64,000 nt of DNA from Chloropicon primus (taxonomy: Eukaryota). The stretch is from contig CP060757.1 of the NCBI GenBank assembly GCA_023205875.1, positions 1,116,001 through 1,180,000 of the forward strand, given 5' to 3'. The notes under the pieces were generated by a model, which saw only the letters and a program-made list of their open reading frames with translations, was not told where the DNA came from and searched no databases. A program made the position numbers and the translations under genes. Positions 43,001 to 53,303 of the stretch are shown here, in pieces (position 1 is the stretch's first letter; every line of letters begins with the position of its first letter).

Positions 43001-45489
43001 CTTCAAGCGGCTTTGTTTGCTCGAGCGGAGTGCCTTCCGGCGCGTACCCGTCCATCAGCAACGAGTACTATGGCGTGATTGACGTGGAGAAAGCAGGCCG
43101 AGTGAAGGTCGCCGTTAACGGTCTGGCCGAGGAAATCGTTGAGATGGTTCCCTCGCAGCCAAAGTCTCTGTCGATCGACAAGAAGTACGACATGGAGTCC
43201 GGACTCCTTGGATCGGTCGATTTCTCTGTTCTGGATGAGGGGTCCAACGTCATTCTCGATGAGTATGACATGGACGTATCTTTCATAGTGAGCATGACTC
43301 AGTATGCAAACATCCCCACGTCAACGACCTTCTCCGATGGCCACTACAAGCTTTACTTCATTCCTCCGGTTGCGGGCGTCTACGCGATGACCATCAAGAT
43401 CAAGGACCAGCCCTCCATCTCGGGCTACGAGTTGCTGACCATCCAACCCGGCGCGGCAAAACCTGTCATTGTCGAGGGGTACTCAGCAGGCGGCGGCGCT
43501 GGATCCGATGCCTTTGAGCACGCTGCTTTGGTCAAAGGGAACAGCCTGGTCACCTTCGGAGGTGGAAACAGAAACAGCTTCTCGTACAGCAACGACGTGT
43601 GGGAGCTCGAGAATTACAACGTCGGGTCGTCGTTGCTCTCCAACGGACTTTTGGGATTCATGAAGAGATTCGAAGTCTCGGGGGCGCAAGGAGAAGACCT
43701 GGTGGTTGGCTTGGTGGTGAACACAGAAGAAGCAATAGCCTCCGGCAAGATGACGAGCTCCTGCTCTGACTTGTACTTCACGAATGCTCACGACCACAAG
43801 ATGAAGCTCTCTCACGCCATCAACCCTTCTCCCGGCTGCGGGGCAAAGGACACGATCGTTTATGTGAAAATTCCTGCTGCCATGCTCAGCACCGGCTCTG
43901 CTCTCGTCGATCTGTTCCACGGAGGCAACTTGGAATCGTCCGAAAGCCCCGAGGACGTTTATGCGTTCCACGCCGGTTTCGAGGGAGCGGGCACAGGATC
44001 CAGCCTTGCGGCGTACTGTGGCGCGAGCACTGTGCAGCACAGCACAAGCAGCAAGAATCCTTACATGGGTTCGTCTTCGCTCAGGGTCAGCGGAAGCAGC
44101 GACTCCCTGGAGCTGTTGCTTGGACCGGCAGCTGACTCCACGAAGTACAAGCTGCAAGCCTACCTGTACGACAGTGGATTGCCAACTTCAAGCTCCCACT
44201 TCTTGGCCTTGAACGGGTTGTTCGTGGGAAGCACGTGCAGCGCCCACCAAGGAGGCGCAGACACAGGCCCTCTCGTCGCGTTTGGCATCCACACGGCCTG
44301 CCATTCCTCCAAGTATTGCATTTACGACAGCGGTTCTTGGACGTCTTCCGCTGCCAGGAGGTATCCCCACTGGGTGCTTCTCGAAGTCGAAAGCGATGGG
44401 CAGACCCTGCAAATGTCCATCGACGGGTCGGTCGTCCTCACCAGGGAAGCAATGTCCTTGAGCAAGGCTTACCTCTCGGTGGGCTCCATCGTCGATCAGA
44501 GCACCACTGGGTTCTGGGATGAGATCTCCGTTGTAACGAGGCCAGGCGAATCCACGGCGGTGACTGAGGTGCACAGTGGGCCAGCCCTGTTCAGTCCACA
44601 CACGCAGTGGAAGAAGCTGGAAGCCAGTGGAACCAAGCCTCCTGAGAGGCTCGGCCACACTGCCGTGCTCCTTTCGGAGAACCATATGGCTGTATTCGGC
44701 GGGGAGAGGAACACCCACCTTTTCAACGACATCCACGTCTTCTCCTTTGATCAGCTGGCTTGGACCTCAGTCAGCCCTTACGAGGGCCCCGACTCGGCCA
44801 GGCCACGGGCGAGGTACGACCACATCGCATGGACGTGGGGTGGCGAGATGTTCATACACGGGGGCCTCACGTATGGCGGAGAAGTTCTGGATGACCTCTG
44901 GCACTTCAATTTTGATACTGGGGTCTGGAAGGAAATTACCAGCTTGACCGGTTCGGAACTCTCCCTGCTGGGCAAGAGGTTTGGCCACAGTGTGGCGGAA
45001 AGGAGCGGCACCTTCTACATCTTCGGCGGGTACTCCGCAGGGGGGTCGACGAACGACTTCTTCTCCGTCACCATGCCGAGCAGCGGTCTCGATTCGACCG
45101 GTGCTGGCCCTCCTGACGGCTTTGGCAACCCCGTGTACGACCAGTTTATTCCGACTGGCCTCACCGCGGGAATGAATATCTCTGGAGACTCCCTGAGCGT
45201 GAAGAAGCTCGAGTCCAGCAGCCTTCCGCCCAGGTTTGCGCACTCGTCGTTCGTGGACGGCGAGTCGATCTATATCATCGGAGGCAACGATGAAGACAAC
45301 AGCCAGATGCAGGACTTGTGGGCTTACAACGTCGCGAGTGGCCAGTGGACCAAGACCCAAATCGAGGGGAGTGCGAGCTGCGAGGCGGTCGCGTTCAGCA
45401 GCACCGGTGGTTACATGGTCCTCGGAGGTAAATGTGGGAGCTCATTGCTGCCAGGAGGCGATACGCACCTCCTTCACCTCCCTCTGTAA
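37077..45489 (+). CDS. Giant secreted protein (~2770 aa): LamG-like x5-6, filamin/Ig-like, DUF2341-like, Kelch; exons 37077-37166, 37276-45489
   Basis: Exon 1 encodes the signal peptide MKTLIAMRYLIVVLALSVGLAGTRA. Repeated WH(H/F)V...G..DE.K LamG motifs, DGNY/DGIYTGTFTPEIPGAY filamin-like motifs, and C-terminal GH...FGG...ND Kelch repeats. Confidence 0.85.
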
Positions 45490-45578
45490 GTTATTAAAAG
45501 ACAGATACACACTTTGTACATACTATATATTATCAGCCCAAGCAACGCTCCTCGTTGTTCTCCCAGGCAGGCCCTCAG

Positions 45579-46160
45579 TCAGCCTCCTGCAAGCAGCACC
45601 CACTCCGTCTCGAACTTGACACCCGCATCCGCCAGAGTCCTGTGCACCGGGCACCTTCGATGAACCTCCGATTCGAGCTCCCTCAGCCTCTCCACTGTCT
45701 CGGTGGCTCCCCCCGCGAGGCTCACGCTGGCCCGGCCAAAGATCCTCTCGAGCTTCGGCGAGCAAGGCTGAGGCGCATCCAGAGGGAGCGAAATCGGCGA
45801 GGTGCTGTCCCTCTCTGCCTCGTACTTGAACTTGATCTGCCCCAGCTTGAACCGAGGCTTCATGTGCCTGGCCACGAAAACCGCCGTTGCCTGCTCGCAC
45901 CCGATGAGGGAAGCAAGGAGCAGCTCGACCGGTTGGGGCGCGAGGTCCTTCCCCCCCATCGCCAACGGCAGATCCGTTCTCACCTGATGGTGGTGGCCGA
46001 AGTGAATTGTTGTTCCTGGGCCTTGCCCCGTCCCCGTGCACTCATACGTGTGCTTCGCTCCCGTCGCCTTGGTCCGGACTACGCCTGCCCTCCCCTGCTT
46101 CTCCAGGGCGGACAAGAAGCCTCGCCTGAGATGACCCCCCGTCGGGACGAGCCTCATCAT
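45579..46160 (-). CDS. OsmC/Ohr family protein
   Basis: TDLP..MGG.D.APQPVELLLASLIGC ... RCPVHRTL (two conserved Cys). Confidence 0.85.
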   Translation of the reverse strand: MMRLVPTGGHLRRGFLSALEKQGRAGVVRTKATGAKHTYECTGTGQGPGTTIHFGHHHQVRTDLPLAMGGKDLAPQPVELLLASLIGCEQATAVFVARHMKPRFKLGQIKFKYEAERDSTSPISLPLDAPQPCSPKLERIFGRASVSLAGGATETVERLRELESEVHRRCPVHRTLADAGVKFETEWVLLAGG

Positions 46161-46229
46161 ATTCGTCAATCGCAATCGTCTGCTCTCTTCGTCTGTAAAA
46201 AAGTACATTGGATTGCTGTTGTTGTTAGT

Positions 46230-48065
46230 TTATAAGATTCTGCGCCTCTTCGTGTACCTGTACAAGAACCAGAAGACTGCGAAGCAGAGGACCATGATGG
46301 CAGCGGTGGTGCCATAGAACCCCGCGACGCTCTCCTCAAACTTGTTTCTGAGGTTCATGCCGAAAATTCCTGAGATCATCGCCCCGAGGGAAGCCGCGAA
46401 GCTGCCCATGCTCAGGGCCAGCTCGAGTCTGTTGACCTCGAACCTCCTGCTGCTGAGCACGACACTGATACTCTCCTCCATGTCTCTCATGCCGACCAGC
46501 AGAGTCTGGGTCTCGCTGAAGATCGAGGTGCACCTCTGCAAGTAGTACTCGATCAGGTCCTCCACCTCCTCGAGCTCCTCCTCCGCCTCCTCCAGGATGT
46601 TCTCGATCTCAGAGTCGTCCAGGGCGATCGTGACGAGCTCCCCCTTGATCTCCTGCTCTGCCACGGCTTCGGGTTCCTCCGACCTGGACCGGCCGGAGCC
46701 GGAGGCCTTGCCGGACTTTCTCTTCGACTTCTTCTTCGTCTTGCTGTTTCTCGACTCCTCCTCCTTCTTCATCAGCTGGCTCGTGAGGTTCATCCCCGCG
46801 ATGTCGTCCTCGTCCTCGAGGAAGTCCGCCAGGAGCTCCGTGACCTGCTCCGATTTGCTCTCCAGCTCGACCAAGATGCTCTTGACTTTCCTCAACTCCT
46901 CCAAGTTCTCCGTGTTGACCTGGGCAGGGAGCTTCTCCAGCAGATTGCCGATTCTCAGCTCGATTCTGTCCAACTCGTTGTCCAGCTGGCCGACCAAAAC
47001 CATGAGAGAACCCTCGCAGCACTCCAACTCGAAAGGCAGGTTCTTGTCCTCCTGCAGCTTCCTGGCGTTCACAGAGTTGATGATGTTGTACTGCTGGGTC
47101 TCCCCGGAAGGGGCCTCGCCAGCCTCGCTGCCGTTGCTCGCCTCCTTGGTATCGGAGTCCTCCAGGTTCGTGGTGCCGCTGCTGGCGGCAAGCCTCGGAG
47201 AGACGATCTCGATAAACTTCTTCGTGTACGGAGAGTCGGGCTCGAACACTATGGCCTTGTTCGCCGAGATGATTCCCCTCATCCCTCCCATAGAGATGAG
47301 GATCGCGTTGTCCCTCACGCTCAGGCACGGGGAGGGGTCGGACAAGGCCGGGTCGATTCTCCTCAAGTCACGAGGCTGCAAGTCGTAGTGACGAAGGAGG
47401 TCCCTCCTCTTCAGGTAGGCTCGATACGTCCCTCCCTTCCAGTCCATCGTCAGGACCTCGTACACCAGACTGCCCGTGACGACTTGCTTTCCCTCCTCAA
47501 CGTTGATCGTGTTGTAATCGTTGTCGTGGGTGAAGTCCAGGGGGTCCAAGCCCTTCTTCTTCCCGGTGGGCTTGGGCCGCATTCCTCCGCCTTTCGCCAT
47601 GGAGGAGAGGGTCCCGGCCGCCTGCTTGTGGAGCCTCTTCCTGCTCTCCGTTGCGTGCATGAGGAGCTCCTTCAGGAGAATGCTGTCCCCCGCCTCATCC
47701 TCGTCCAAGCTGTCCCTGCTCTTGTCCCGGCCCTGGCTGCTCCTCGCTGACGGGGACTCCGTGCGACACAGTACGCCAGCCCCCCGCCGCTGCCTCGTCG
47801 CCGCCTGCGCGAGTCGAAGGGACGAAAGCGCAGACGACGTCGACGGAAGTATCCTTGCTGCCACGGCCACGACCGAGCTCGTGCTCGCCCCCACGCCGCT
47901 CCCGAGCCTTCCCGCTTGCACGGCGCCCCTCCCTGGGCCCGACTTGCATACCATGCTCATCGTCGTCGTCGTCGTCTTGTGCAGCCCGTGCCTCTTTCCG
48001 CCCACGTGGTGGTTCGAAGAGGGCCGCGTTCCACCAAGTCGGTGCCCAACCAAAGAAGGCATCAT
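46230..48065 (-). CDS. MRS2/CorA magnesium transporter (plastid MRS2-11-like)
   Basis: LQPRDLRRIDP, LPFEL, GIFGMNL (GMN motif), two C-terminal TM segments. Confidence 0.92.
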   Translation of the reverse strand: MMPSLVGHRLGGTRPSSNHHVGGKRHGLHKTTTTTMSMVCKSGPGRGAVQAGRLGSGVGASTSSVVAVAARILPSTSSALSSLRLAQAATRQRRGAGVLCRTESPSARSSQGRDKSRDSLDEDEAGDSILLKELLMHATESRKRLHKQAAGTLSSMAKGGGMRPKPTGKKKGLDPLDFTHDNDYNTINVEEGKQVVTGSLVYEVLTMDWKGGTYRAYLKRRDLLRHYDLQPRDLRRIDPALSDPSPCLSVRDNAILISMGGMRGIISANKAIVFEPDSPYTKKFIEIVSPRLAASSGTTNLEDSDTKEASNGSEAGEAPSGETQQYNIINSVNARKLQEDKNLPFELECCEGSLMVLVGQLDNELDRIELRIGNLLEKLPAQVNTENLEELRKVKSILVELESKSEQVTELLADFLEDEDDIAGMNLTSQLMKKEEESRNSKTKKKSKRKSGKASGSGRSRSEEPEAVAEQEIKGELVTIALDDSEIENILEEAEEELEEVEDLIEYYLQRCTSIFSETQTLLVGMRDMEESISVVLSSRRFEVNRLELALSMGSFAASLGAMISGIFGMNLRNKFEESVAGFYGTTAAIMVLCFAVFWFLYRYTKRRRIL

Positions 48066-48335
48066 CGTCCTCGTCCTCGTCCCTCCCGTCCTCTCCCCCG
48101 GCGCTCGCGCACGTTGCCAATTGGCTCGCTCCGAGCGATCAGCACGAATTGAATTGAGAAGGGAGCGACAGACAAGGAAGCATTGCGGGCGGGTCGAACG
48201 ACGAGGCCGGTGTCTCTTGGACGAGGGAGTGGATCGGTCCAGGTTGCGTCTCACGGGTCTTTCATTGGGCTTTCATTAGCGCCCCATTGCCTGGAGCTCG
48301 TCACGGCAAGGGGTGATTCGTGAGCTGCGAAAGGG

Positions 48336-49685
48336 ATGATGAAGAGGAGAGGCATGGCGCGAGGAGGCTTTGCCTTGGTGGGTGGGCATAGGAGGGGCCT
48401 GCTTGACGGAGGGCGGCGAAGGAGGCTTTGCCTTGAGGCCGGTGCTGGAAGGAGAAGGGACTGCGTGATGATCAAGCGCACGCTCAGGGGGGGGCAGGTA
48501 GGTGGGACGAGTTATTTGTTTTGGGAGAGAGAGAGAGAGAGAGAGAGAGTCACGAAATGGGAACCGAGATCAATACTGTGCGTGCGCGCGTGTATCGGTG
48601 GAGGCCGGACGAGAAGCCTGGATCGGTCGTCGCTAACGCGTGAGACGTCTCTCTGGGGTTTTGCCTTCGCCTGGTGCCGCCACCACCAGGTCGAGAAGCA
48701 CGACGGGGATGTGATGGTGGTCGGGGACGTGAACGTGGATAGCACGATAAGCGCTGGAGGGGACGTCGTGGTGTTCGGCAGGCTCAGCGGGGAAGTCCAC
48801 GCGGGGAAAAATGGCGACACGACCGCGACGGTCAGCGCGATCTGCTTCGAGCCGTCCCAGATACGCATAGCGGACGTCGTGGCCGTTATGGGCGCGCAGA
48901 ACTCAGAGCCCACGCCCTACCCCGAGGTGGCGAGGATCGACTGGCAGCAGCAGCAGCGGCCTCGGCCGGGCCAGCAAGACGGGCAGGGCCGCATCATGGT
49001 GGAGCCCGCGGGGCAGTTCTGGCAGCAGCTCTCCGCGAGGGGGAGGAAGAGAAGGGCGGCGAGGGTGTCCTCCGAGGGGAAGCTCAAGTGGAAGGGGCCT
49101 GCGAAGTTGGCCAGGCTCACGGGCGTGTACCTGCTCGTCGCAGGCTTGGGCTTGCTCTTCGCACCCAAAACAACCTTTGGTAAGGACGCTTTGGGAGGGC
49201 GGCGGGAGAGGCGGAGAGTCTCCGAGCGCGCGGGCTTTCTCTGACAAACAGCCGTGTGTGTGTGCGTCTTTTTTTTTTTTTTGCGGGTGGTGGTGATTCT
49301 TCAGGCTTGCTCTTTGACGTGAGGACCATCGCTACGGGGTGGATACAAGTCTTCGGCACCATTGCCGCTGCGCTGGGAATGTACTGTGAGTAGGAGCGAT
49401 TCCTGAACTCCCGTTCTCGTTCACCAGTCCTCTTCGCCACGACACCACATCCGCCCGCATTGACTCACACCAACTCTCTTCCTCGCAGACGTGGGCACTG
49501 CAGTGGGGGACACCGAGGGAAGTGGTGCCCGAGGGTTCTACGCGTCCACTGTCATCGGAAGAATCTTTATTTTCATCACATTCTGCTACCTGGTCTCGCA
49601 GAAGTTTGTGGAGCAACAGCTCGTTCTCCTCGCGGTATTGAATCTGGTAAGCGCGGTCAGCATGTATTACTCGCTGCAACGTTAA
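48336..49685 (+). CDS. MinC C-terminal-domain protein fused to a ~4-TM domain; exons 48336-48497, 48690-49179, 49305-49385, 49489-49685
   Basis: Spliced IKRTLRGGQVEKHDGDVMVVGDVN..STISAGGDVVVFGRLSGEVHAG..G...A.VSA...EPSQIRIAD matches the MinC_C consensus. All three introns are GT-AG and keep the frame. Confidence 0.82.
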
Positions 49686-50051
49686 GCAGTGGGTTTAAGC
49701 TTGATTTGTGTGATTTAAACGAAAGCTGCCTCGCGATCTGGCTTCCCTTGCCCCGGCCCTCGAACTCATCCACAAAGCTGTAAAGCTTCGAGTCGAAAGC
49801 TTGGACCTGGCTCTCCAGAGCTCTGAGCCTGTATCCCAGGGCGAACATCCTCCTCTTATTCTCGTCCATCAACACATCTCTGGCTTTGTTCCAAGATTCC
49901 ATGATTGCTCTTCGTTGTTGCTCTTGCCTTCTCTTGTTCGACAGGGGTACCTGAATTCTGATCCTTCCCTGGGCCCCCCTCCCCTCCCCTTCTTCTTCAT
50001 CTGATCTTGATCTTCATCTCCCCCGAGGACGCGTTCATGGAAATTTCCCAT
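49657..50051 (-). CDS. Possible small hypothetical coiled-coil protein (5' structure unresolved)
   Basis: Coding-like ORF MESWNKARDVLMDENKRRMFALGYRLRALESQV. The upstream ORF 49869..50051 is in another frame across G homopolymers. Confidence 0.3.
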
Positions 50052-50434
50052 TTTGGGGGGGCGATCCGGGGCCTGTACGAAGTCTTCAACTACCTTGGTC
50101 TTTGATTAAGAATTGGACGCGGCCTTGGACGTCCTGGGCCTTGAGGCTTGGGCCGCGCGGGGGAACAGGTGAGATCGAGATCTTTCCCAGTCCTCAAGAG
50201 TGCTCAAGCGCCATGGGGGGTAGTAGGGGGCAGGGGGGGAGCAGGGCGGCTCACAAAATACGAGACACTCGTCGACCAACACCAGAATCGAAGTACGACA
50301 AGCTTGAAGCCAAGAGAGGCAAGGAAGGGGTACAAAGGTATCGAGACGCGAACGAGAGAGGGGTGACTTGATAGAGCAACAGGTAGACCAGAGAGAGAGA
50401 GCTGTTGTGCATATCAAGAGAACGTTGAGCCCAC

Positions 50435-52705
50435 ATGCCGGGTCAAGACAGTCACCACGATGGAAACGGGAGCGCACCCGCCTTGGTTGCTCACGTCGTT
50501 CACCTGGAGGACGGGCTGAAGAGCCAGAACCCAGTTGCTGCCATCCCGGTCCAGGCCAGGGGTGAGAGGAAGACCGGCCTTTTGGTGAAGGTCGCCTTGG
50601 TTCTCTCCACCGTCGCGGTCGTTGGCATCTGCATCATTGGTGCTTTCGTTCTGCTCGAGAGGCCAGCAAGTGAAGAGGTGAATATCACCAAGAAGTTCTA
50701 TTCTGTGAACTTCACCTTGCCTTCGAGCGAGGAGTTGCACGGCTTGCTTGAGGGCGTAACCGTGCTCGACGAGGATGAGGACTGGGAGGACCCAGAGGAC
50801 TTCACCGAGGACTTTGACCTCTCCAAGTTCACCTCGGAGGATGATGGCCTCGTTGCCTCCAGAAGGATGCTGTCAAAGAGCAAGGAGGTGTGCCGCGAGT
50901 ACCATATTCTCTTGCGCCATACTCCATACGAGGCGAGCCACAACCTTGTCGAGCAGATGGAAGCCGAGTTGATGAAGTCCGCCGAGGGATCGTACAAGAT
51001 TCAGTCTGTGCTCGATCTCAAGGAGGGGCCAACCATCGTCGCCAACTTGTGCTACAAGGCCCTCAAGGTCGTCTCCATGATGAAGTCTGCTGACATGGTC
51101 ATTCAGAAGACCAAGTTGCAGAGAGCCTTTGCCACGCAGGAGGACGCCGAGTGGGGTCTCGACAGGTTGGACCAGTCAAGCCTGCCCCTCGACAACAGCT
51201 TCGAGTACAATGTCACCGGGGCAGGAGTCCATGTCTACGTCGTGGACACCGGGGTGAGGGGAACCCACCAGGAGTTCACCGGACGCCACGGGGAGGGTGC
51301 CGACTTTGTGGACAACGACAACGATGCGAGCGACTGCAACGGCCACGGCACCCACTGCGCTGGAACTGTTCTTGGAACCACTTACGGTGTTGCCAAGGGA
51401 GCCACCATTCACGGTGTTCGTGTTTTGACTTGCGAGGGCTGGGGCTACACCTCTGACATCTGTGCTGCCCTTGCTTGGGTCAAGAACCATACCTTGGCTT
51501 CCATGGGCGGACACGGTGAGCCTGCTGTTGTCTCCATGAGTCTCGGAGGAGGAGCTTCCACTGCTTTGGACAACTGTGTTGATGACCTCGTTCAGAGCGG
51601 AATTCACGTCGTTGTTGCAGCTGGTAACTCCAACTATGATGCCTGCTACTTCTCTCCTGCTCGCTTGGAGGGCGCCGTTACCGTGGGAGCCACCACCAGC
51701 AGCGACAGCAGGGCCAGCTACTCCAACTATGGAAACTGCGTTGACATCTTCGCCCCCGGTTCGGCTGTGAAGAGCGCTTGGTACGACAGTGACACTGCGA
51801 CTGCCACAATCTCTGGTACTTCCATGGCTACTCCACACGTCGCCGGTGTCGTCGCACAGTACTTGCAGTCCCAGGCGATGAAGGGCAGAACCGGCGTCAC
51901 TCCAGCTGAGGTTGAGGACTGGTTGGCTTACAGCGCTGCTGCTGGCAAGATCTCTGATGTCGGTACCGGGTCTCCAAACCTGCTCTTGCAGTCTTGCTTC
52001 CTTGATGACGGAATTCCTTGCAAGGAGATGAACGCCCCTGAGCCAGCACCAGAGCCAGCACCAGAGCCAGCACCAGAGCCGGCACCAGAGCCAGCACCAG
52101 AGCCGGCACCAGAGCCAGCACCAGAGCCAGCACCAGAGCCGGCACCAGAGCCAGCACCAGAGCCGGCACCAGAGCCAGCACCAGAGCCGGCACCAGAGCC
52201 TCCTACCGAGCCTCCAACTTGCGAGAAGCCTGAGTTCCCAAGGTGCATGAGGGCCTGTGGATGGAAGTGCAGAGAAGGTTTGACGAAGAGAAAGCCTTGC
52301 GAGGACAGCATTCACACTTGCGCTGCCCTCTCCACCGAGGATACCTACGATTTCTTCCCATCTGCACCTAGCCAGAACTCCACTGTCGAGATCAAGCCCA
52401 TTTGCATCAGCGAGAGAACCAGATTGGAGGCCTACGTCGAGCCAAAGGACAAGGCCAACGCCGACAAGCTTGACTTGTACTTGCTGAAGGAGATCAAGGG
52501 CAAGAGGGCCCCAAAGTTCGACTTTGAGGGCAATGAGGGCTGGAAGCTTGTTGGATACAAGTTCAGGCCAAACCCAAAGCACGGATTCTTGAGAATGGCC
52601 AGAAACAGAAGGCCAGGATGCTATCTTTGGGCCGTCGCTTGCAAGCCAGGCATGGATTGTAACTTCGCCTACGACTTCTACCACAACACCAACGGAGAAG
52701 AGTAG
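50435..52705 (+). CDS. Subtilisin-like S8A (proteinase K/aqualysin-type) protease 1, N-terminal membrane anchor, (PEPA)n linker, Cys-rich C-terminus
   Basis: Catalytic triad [32 protein letters not shown]. Confidence 0.93.
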   Translation: MPGQDSHHDGNGSAPALVAHVVHLEDGLKSQNPVAAIPVQARGERKTGLLVKVALVLSTVAVVGICIIGAFVLLERPASEEVNITKKFYSVNFTLPSSEELHGLLEGVTVLDEDEDWEDPEDFTEDFDLSKFTSEDDGLVASRRMLSKSKEVCREYHILLRHTPYEASHNLVEQMEAELMKSAEGSYKIQSVLDLKEGPTIVANLCYKALKVVSMMKSADMVIQKTKLQRAFATQEDAEWGLDRLDQSSLPLDNSFEYNVTGAGVHVYVVDTGVRGTHQEFTGRHGEGADFVDNDNDASDCNGHGTHCAGTVLGTTYGVAKGATIHGVRVLTCEGWGYTSDICAALAWVKNHTLASMGGHGEPAVVSMSLGGGASTALDNCVDDLVQSGIHVVVAAGNSNYDACYFSPARLEGAVTVGATTSSDSRASYSNYGNCVDIFAPGSAVKSAWYDSDTATATISGTSMATPHVAGVVAQYLQSQAMKGRTGVTPAEVEDWLAYSAAAGKISDVGTGSPNLLLQSCFLDDGIPCKEMNAPEPAPEPAPEPAPEPAPEPAPEPAPEPAPEPAPEPAPEPAPEPAPEPAPEPAPEPPTEPPTCEKPEFPRCMRACGWKCREGLTKRKPCEDSIHTCAALSTEDTYDFFPSAPSQNSTVEIKPICISERTRLEAYVEPKDKANADKLDLYLLKEIKGKRAPKFDFEGNEGWKLVGYKFRPNPKHGFLRMARNRRPGCYLWAVACKPGMDCNFAYDFYHNTNGEE
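52037..52201 (+). repeat. 12-bp coding tandem repeat CCAGAGCC(A/G)GCA x~14
   Basis: Encodes (PEPA)n. Confidence 0.95.
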
Positions 52706-53303
52706 ATCCGATTAGCCTTCCTCCTCAAGATCATCCACTGTGAAAATAAATCGATTACATTAGCTATTCTTTTTTGCATACTATTCCACAACAAACAATA
52801 ACTCCCTAAAAACGTCATCTCTCCAAGCTCTCCAAAGCCTTTGCCCCCCCGCCCTTCCCCCCCCCTTGGGATTTCCCAAGGCCGCGTCCCTTGGGGATGG
52901 AGACGGACAGTCGGGCGAATTCCTCTGCCTCACGTCTCCGCGTCGTATTTCCTTAATTAAATCCAGTGTATCCCCCGCGTCCCCTTGGGCTTGCGGAGAG
53001 GGGAGAAAGCGGAGGGGGGAAGAGGGGAGGGGCTCACTGTAACCGACCTTCAGGGCGCACGAGGCCGTACTTTGCTTTGAGGTGGAGCGACGAAAGGAGT
53101 GTCGAGAGAGGTTTTGGACGGCTTGGAACATATTCATATAGATCGAAAACACATACGAAAACAAACGACGACACGAGAGACCGAGTTCGACAACTGGGTT
53201 TGAAGTCAATTGCGGAGAGAAACGTGCCAAGGTTGCGATCCCAAGCCGTTGAACGACGTAGAGAGCGAGCGCAGGCGTAATACACAGCGATCGACAGAGA
53301 GTT

